This document shows, in pieces, positions 8,320-13,503 of a DNA stretch of 13,503 nucleotides (the first letter of the stretch is position 1; every line of letters starts with the position of its first letter). Source of the stretch: Octopus sinensis. Taxonomy: Eukaryota. The position numbers were made by a program, and so were the translations under genes. A model generated the notes under the pieces. The model worked only from the letters and a program-made list of their open reading frames with translations. It did no database searches and had not been told where the DNA came from. The stretch covers positions 1 through 13,503 of the forward strand of contig NW_021826148.1 of NCBI RefSeq assembly GCF_006345805.1, read 5' to 3'.

Positions 8320-8883
8320 TGAAATATATTAATAACAACATAGAAAAAGCCAGAAAATGATGGCCAATATCTTTCCTTTGTTTATATATTTACATAGAGA
8401 TGATATTAAATGTCTGGGTTTTTCTAATGAAGGGATTGTTTTCTTAGGAAACAATCTTGTTTTTTCTCTCTTTATTCTCTACTTTGTCTCTTCTCTCATC
8501 CTTTCTTTTACCTCTTTGTCTCTCTTTGTCTTTCTCTGCCCCTTAGCTTTGTTTGTATTTTCCTATATTGCTTCTGGCTTTGGGGAATCGATATTTGTGT
8601 GGATGAGGTCAGGCCTGGGGGCTAAACAGCAACAACACTTACAATAAACGATTACAATGATTACTTTCCAGCTCCAAACACCCAAATATATATAATATAT
8701 ATTATATATAATATATATATATAATATAATATATAAGCACAAAATATATAATATATAAGCAGAAGTCTATTAATTCCTTTGGAGAATTCAGGTTTTTCAT
8801 ACATGTGTATAACAAATAAACAAGAGACTTCACTCTTCTCACCTATTTTTCTATCATTATTTGTATATGTGCGTGTGTATATA

Positions 8884-8884
<1 letters not shown>

Positions 8885-8914
<30 letters not shown>

Positions 8915-8975
8915 TTGCCTGTCTGCATGCCTGCCTGTCTGTCTGTCTATCTATCTATTTATCTATCTATCTATA
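8885..8975. repeat. Compound (GTCT)n/(GCCT)n/(ATCT)n microsatellite
   Basis: Direct reading. Confidence 0.9.
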
Positions 8976-8994
8976 TATGTAAATGTGTGGTGTG

Positions 8995-9065
8995 TTGTGT
9001 ATACATACATACATCTATATACACACACATACACACATAAAGGTATATGTATGTATATATATATC

Positions 9066-9109
<44 letters not shown>

Positions 9110-9134
9110 TGTATATATATATCATCTATATTAT

Positions 9135-9185
<51 letters not shown>

Positions 9186-9348
9186 ATATAATATCTATAT
9201 AATATATATATATATATGTATATATGTATATATATAATATGTATATATATATGTATATATGTATATATATATATATGTATATATATATGTATATATGTCT
9301 ATATATTATATGTATATATATGTATATATATATGTATATATAATGTAT

Positions 9349-9383
<35 letters not shown>

Positions 9384-9492
9384 TGTATATATGTATATGT
9401 ATATATGTATATATATATATATATAATATATGATAAGATATGTATATATATATGTATATATGTATAATTATATATGTATATATGTATATATG

Positions 9493-9525
<33 letters not shown>

Positions 9526-9720
9526 TATGTATATGTATATATATATATATATATGTATATATATGTATATATATAATATATGTATATATGTATATATATA
9601 TATTGTTATATAATGTATATATAATATATATATGTATATATGTATAATAATATATATATGTATTATATGGTATATAATATAATATTATATATGTACATGT
9701 ATATATGTGTGTGTGTGTGT
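8995..9720. repeat. Long imperfect (TA)n/(TATG)n low-complexity tract
   Basis: About 720 bp almost entirely TA with interspersed TG. Confidence 0.95.
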
Positions 9721-9729
9721 AATTATATA

Positions 9730-10224
9730 AAAGGGCAAAATCAATAATAATTTTACCAGGTATTCAGTGCAGAAATAAAAACCTCAACATATTTTATAAT
9801 AATATACATAATTGTAACAAGGGATTGCTTTACGCCTCACCATGCACTGCAGAAATAGACACTAAACCCTTTCTGTACCTGATCAAATTTTGAGCTTAAA
9901 GTAAAATTAAAATATTTACCTATTGCAATAGATAAATATTTTAATTTTACTTTAAGCTCAAAATTCGATCATGTATAGAGTTAACCAACCTTGTTGATTC
10001 ATTATTTTTCTTTTGCTTGCCTGCAATACAGTGTGTTATTCTCTGAGATTTTAAGGTGGTAATTAGGGACTTTAGTGTCTATTTCTTGCAGTGCGTGGTG
10101 AGGTGTAAAGCTGTCCCCTTGTTATAATTATGTATGTAATTATAAAATATTTTGTAAAATTTACCTAAAAGGTTTTTATTTACACACTGACTTCCTGGTA
10201 AAATTATTATTGATTTTACCCTTT
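9730..10224. repeat. Nested inverted repeat: outer arms ~9730-9870 and ~10065-10224, inner palindrome 9872-9979
   Basis: aagggcaaaatcaataataattttaccagg pairs with cctggtaaaattattattgattttaccctt, and gaaatagacactaaa pairs with tttagtgtctatttc. The inner loop-less palindrome is centred on TATTG|CAATA (9925/9926). Confidence 0.9.
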
Positions 10225-10427
10225 ATTATAATTATTATAATTAATATTTGGATAGATTTACTCCATGATCAAAACTGCGGCTTAGATCTTAACACACTAC
10301 ATGTGGGTACAAAGGAAGGATGTACAATCTTGGATTTGAATTGAATTAAAGTTCGTTACATTTACATTTTTTCCTTTTCTTATACTTCATTGATATATAT
10401 AATATTATAATATATATATAATAAATA

Positions 10428-10700
10428 TTAGGAAGAAATCCAAACTTACAGGGGAAAATCAGATTTAGGATTGAATCCAATTTTATAGTAAAATATTATA
10501 TTATATTAAATTAGAGACAGAACCACTATTAGGCAAAATCATACAATGAAAAACTTAAGCCAATAACATAAGATTATTAATTTATATTATTTAAATATAT
10601 AACAAAATTATTAAAAAATATAATTAATATATCACTACGATCGTTTCATGGCTGTTAATTTCTTTAAATTTTCGAGTTACAGTCATTCATCAGGTGGTTT
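10428..10700 (-). mobile_element. Probable solo PLE terminal (pLTR) fragment
   Basis: On the minus strand an HHR is followed by ~200 nt of AT-rich tail ending at a (TA)-rich tract, the same layout as 966-1148. Inferred; no ORF. Confidence 0.5.
10631..10698 (-). ncRNA. Type-I hammerhead ribozyme motif (canonical core)
   Basis: Minus strand: CAC-CTGATGA-ATGACTGT...ACAGCCAT-GAAA-CGATCG-TA-GTG. Stem I CAC/GTG, stem II 7 of 8 paired, palindromic stem III ACGATCGT, cleavage triplet GUA. Confidence 0.8.
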
Positions 10701-10723
10701 AAATATTTATCTTGGCGAGTTAG

Positions 10724-11026
10724 GATCATGTGACTGAGCAGGCTATCAGATGTTGCTACACATCGCTGGTTACAATGCACTTCCCATTGTTTTAGCCTTC
10801 AAATGATGCCACCCCCGCTGGCTAAGCGAGCAGGCCAACAGAAGAAAAAGTGAGAGAAAGTTGTGGCGAAAGAGTACAGCTGGGATTGCCATCACCCTTT
10901 GCCGGAGCCTCGTGGAGCTTTAGGTGTTTTCGCTCAATAAACACTCACAACGCCCGGTCTGGGAATCGAAACCGCGATCCTACAACCACAAGTCCGCTGC
11001 CTAACCACTGAGCCATTGCGCCTCCA
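10724..11026 (-). mobile_element. tRNA-derived SINE (same family as 7831-8138)
   Basis: Colinear with 7838-8138; head TGGAGGCGCAATGGCTCAGTGGTTAGG...GGTTTCGATTCCC. Confidence 0.9.
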
Positions 11027-11048
11027 CACACACACACACACATATATG

Positions 11049-11385
11049 TGAAGGCACGTGGCTCAGTGGTTAGTGCATCAAGCTTACGATCATGAGGTTG
11101 TGAGTTCAAATCCTGGACTGGGCTACGTGTTGTGTTCTTGAGCAGATACTTTATTTCATGTTGCTCAAGTTCACTCAGTTGTAGAAATGAGTTGTAACAG
11201 CACAGGTGCCAAACTGTATCAGCTTTTGCCTTTCCCTTGGATAATACTGGTGCGCTGGAGAAGGGAGGCCGGTATGCATGGGCGACTGCTGGTCTTCCAT
11301 AAACAACCTTGCCCGGACTTGTGCCTGGAAGGTACTTTCTAGGTGCAATCCCATGGTCAGCCATGAGCAAAGGAGCCCAGCTGCA
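11049..11385 (+). mobile_element. tRNA-derived SINE (further family)
   Basis: Head GAAGGCACGTGGCTCAGTGGTTAG (A box)...GAGTTCAAATCC (B box), then gtgttgtgttcttgagc as in the related minus-strand family. The 3' end is approximate. Confidence 0.75.
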
Positions 11386-11387
11386 GC

Positions 11388-11449
11388 ATATATATATATA
11401 CACACATATATATATCTATACATATATATATGTATACAATATATATTAG

Positions 11450-11486
<37 letters not shown>

Positions 11487-11536
11487 ATATATTATATATA
11501 TATATATCTATACATATATATTATACATATATATAT

Positions 11537-11583
<47 letters not shown>

Positions 11584-11665
11584 CACATATATATAGACAT
11601 ATACATATATAAATATATACATGCACACATACCACACTCACACAACACATACATATATATGTATG
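11388..11665. repeat. (TA)n-rich low-complexity tract
   Basis: Direct reading. Confidence 0.95.
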
Positions 11666-11704
11666 TATCTTACAATAATTATACTCAAACATATTTCTCG
11701 CACC

Positions 11705-11751
11705 GTCTCTGATGACGGGATATATAAAATATCCTGGAAACAGCTGTAGAC
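11705..11751 (+). ncRNA. Type-I hammerhead ribozyme motif (canonical core)
   Basis: GTCT-CTGATGA-CGGGATAT-ataaa-ATATCCTG-GAAA-CAGCTG-TA-GAC. Stem II is 8 bp with one G-U, stem III is the palindrome ACAGCTGT, triplet GUA. Stem I is out of register by one base (GTCT/AGAC would need one more A). Confidence 0.8.
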
Positions 11752-12046
11752 CTTTTCTTTGGATTTTTATCTCATTCTGTCAATTTTATACTATACATAT
11801 AATATAAACATATCCACCTACCTACCTATCTATCTATCTATACATATACATATAAATATATACATATATATATACAGTATCTCACAGAAGTATGTGCAAC
11901 CCTAAAAAATTTCAGTAAAATTGCAAATACTCTGATAATACCAAAGGAAATTAAATGAAATTTATGCTGAATAAAATATATCATACATGCAAATATTATA
12001 AAATTTGGAACACAAAACAATAAACATTTTCAAAGATATGAACAAA

Positions 12047-12454
12047 GGCGCAGGAGTGGCTGTGTGGTAAGTAGCTTGCTAACCAACCACATGGTTCTGG
12101 GTTCAGTCCCCACTGCGTGGCATCTTGAGCAAGTGTCTTCTGCTATAGCCCCGGGCCGATCAATGCCTTGTGAGTGGATTTGTAGACGGAAACTGAAGAA
12201 GCCTGTCGATATATGTAATATATAATATATGTGTGTGTATGTGTTTGGGTGTCTGTGTTTGTCCCCTATCATTGCTTGACAACCGATGCTGGTGTGTTTA
12301 CGTCCCATCACTTAGCGGGTTTGGCAAAAGAGACCGATAGAATAAGTACTGGGCTTACAAAGAATAAGTCCTGGGGTCGAGTTGCTCGACTAAAGCAGTG
12401 CTCAGCATGGCTGCAGTCAAATGACTGAAACAAGTTAAAGAGTAAGGAGTAAAG
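12047..12454 (+). mobile_element. Intact tRNA-derived SINE with internal (TA)/(TG) tract, inserted in the Tc1 3' non-coding region
   Basis: GGCGCAGGAGTGGCTGTGTGGTAAG...GGGTTCAGTCCC head; equivalent to 4435-4608 joined to 6412-6635; short aagagt-like tail repeats. Confidence 0.9.
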
Positions 12455-12510
12455 TATTAATTTTCAAATGATACAAAAATATGTAGAGCCTATAGGATTA
12501 TTTGCTATAT

Positions 12511-13503
12511 TCAATATTTGGTGTGACTCCCCTTGCTTAAGTCAGTGCATCAAGTCTTCTGGGCATAGAGTCAACTAAACTTTTGCATATATCTGATGAA
12601 ATTGACTGCCATTCATCCCGAATGATGTCTTTCAACTGTGTTACATTGCAGGGTTTTTTTCTCCTCAACCTTCCTTTTCAAAACACCCTACAGATATTCT
12701 ATTGGGTTTAAAGCAGGTTACACGGTAGGCCAAAGCAATACTTTAAAAAAATCTGATAAAAACTTGGTCGTCTTATTTGAAGTGTGTTTAGGGTCATTAT
12801 CATGTTGGAACAAGGAATGTCTTCCTAGTTCATTAATGCTTTTCAACATTGTTTTCTGTAGTATGTCACAATAAAGCCTTGAATCCATTGTTCTCTCAAT
12901 AAATGTGAGTCCTCCCACAGCAGTCACATGCATGCATCCCTGAAGCATAACACTTCTGCTGCCGTGTTTCACGGTAGTCACGGTGCATTTGTTGCTGTTA
13001 TCTTCACCTGGTCATCGTCATACTCATTTAATACCATCTGACTCAAACAAGTTGATTTTAGTCTTGTCAGAAAAAAGAATTTTATTCCAAAACTCCTTGC
13101 CCTTTCTCACATAGGTTTCGGCAAAAGAAAGACGACTTGATTTATGTCTGGTAGTGTGGTGAGGCTTCCTACGAGGAATGCTTCCATGAAGACCACACAG
13201 GTTCAAACTTTGGTGAACTGTTTGGGCAGACTAACAGAAGACATTTCTTGGGCCAGAGATGAAGTGGTATGACATCTGTCGTCCATCACGTAACGTTGGA
13301 TATGGTGAATATCACGCGCAGTTAAAATAGAAGGACAACCCTGGATGATGTTTATTGCGTAGCCATCCAGTAGTTTTGTACTTCAGAATTACTTTGGTAA
13401 CTGTATTTATGCTAATATGTATTCGTTTGCTAATTTTCTTGTAATCCAAACCATTTTTGTGCAAATTAAAAATAATTTTCTTCAAGCCGTCAGACAACTT
13501 TTC
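12511..13503 (-). pseudogene. Tc1 (DD34E-type) transposase pseudogene
   Basis: HTH-like N-terminus (LKKIIFNLHKNGLDYKKISKRI), WNKILFSDKTKINLF, TVKHGSRSVMLQGC, FQHDNDPKHT, WPTV*PALNPIEYL* and C-terminal KGSHTKY* (stop at 12511-12513). Stops and frameshifts throughout; I count D-33-E here, one short of canonical. Confidence 0.92.

Larger units (their letters stand above)
11875..13503 (-). mobile_element. Degenerate Tc1-like DNA transposon (runs off the window end)
   Basis: TA|CAGTATCTCACAGAAGTATGTGCAACCC Tc1-type terminus at 11875; transposase remnants on the minus strand; the second TIR is outside the window. Confidence 0.85.

Noticed and set aside
8357-8647. 96-aa hydrophobic ORF resembling a membrane protein
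   Set aside because: Hydrophobicity comes from a T/C-rich low-complexity tract; no recognisable domain or splice support.
8779-9467. YI/IY-rich ORFs (also at 11278-11712)
   Set aside because: Translations of (TA)n/(TG)n microsatellites.
10945-11423. 152-aa and 82-aa minus-strand ORFs
   Set aside because: They read through two adjacent SINEs and microsatellites, so they are chance ORFs.

Overview
AT-rich eukaryotic non-coding DNA (intergenic or intronic) made almost entirely of nested transposon relics and microsatellites. The style of the tRNA-derived SINEs and the (TA)n abundance look cephalopod (Octopus-like) to me; this is recognition, not a database result. No intact host gene is supported. 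From left to right: a deleted DD37D (maT-type) Tc1/mariner element; a 5'-truncated Penelope-like element (PLE, GIY-YIG endonuclease remnant) flanked by ~610-bp inverted repeats; an RTE-like LINE 3' end interrupted by a SINE with a 12-bp target-site duplication (TSD); a SINE split by a 1.8-kb Helitron carrying a Pif1 helicase fragment; a (GGCTCTTCGCTCTTC)n minisatellite; further SINEs; a nested foldback palindrome; and a degenerate Tc1 element containing a SINE. The most notable signal is a set of short type-I hammerhead ribozyme (HHR) motifs: four clear copies from three unrelated families (1104-1148, 2628-2672, 10631-10698, 11705-11751), each with a palindromic stem III, plus a fifth decayed HHR-like motif whose core appears to have seeded the minisatellite.
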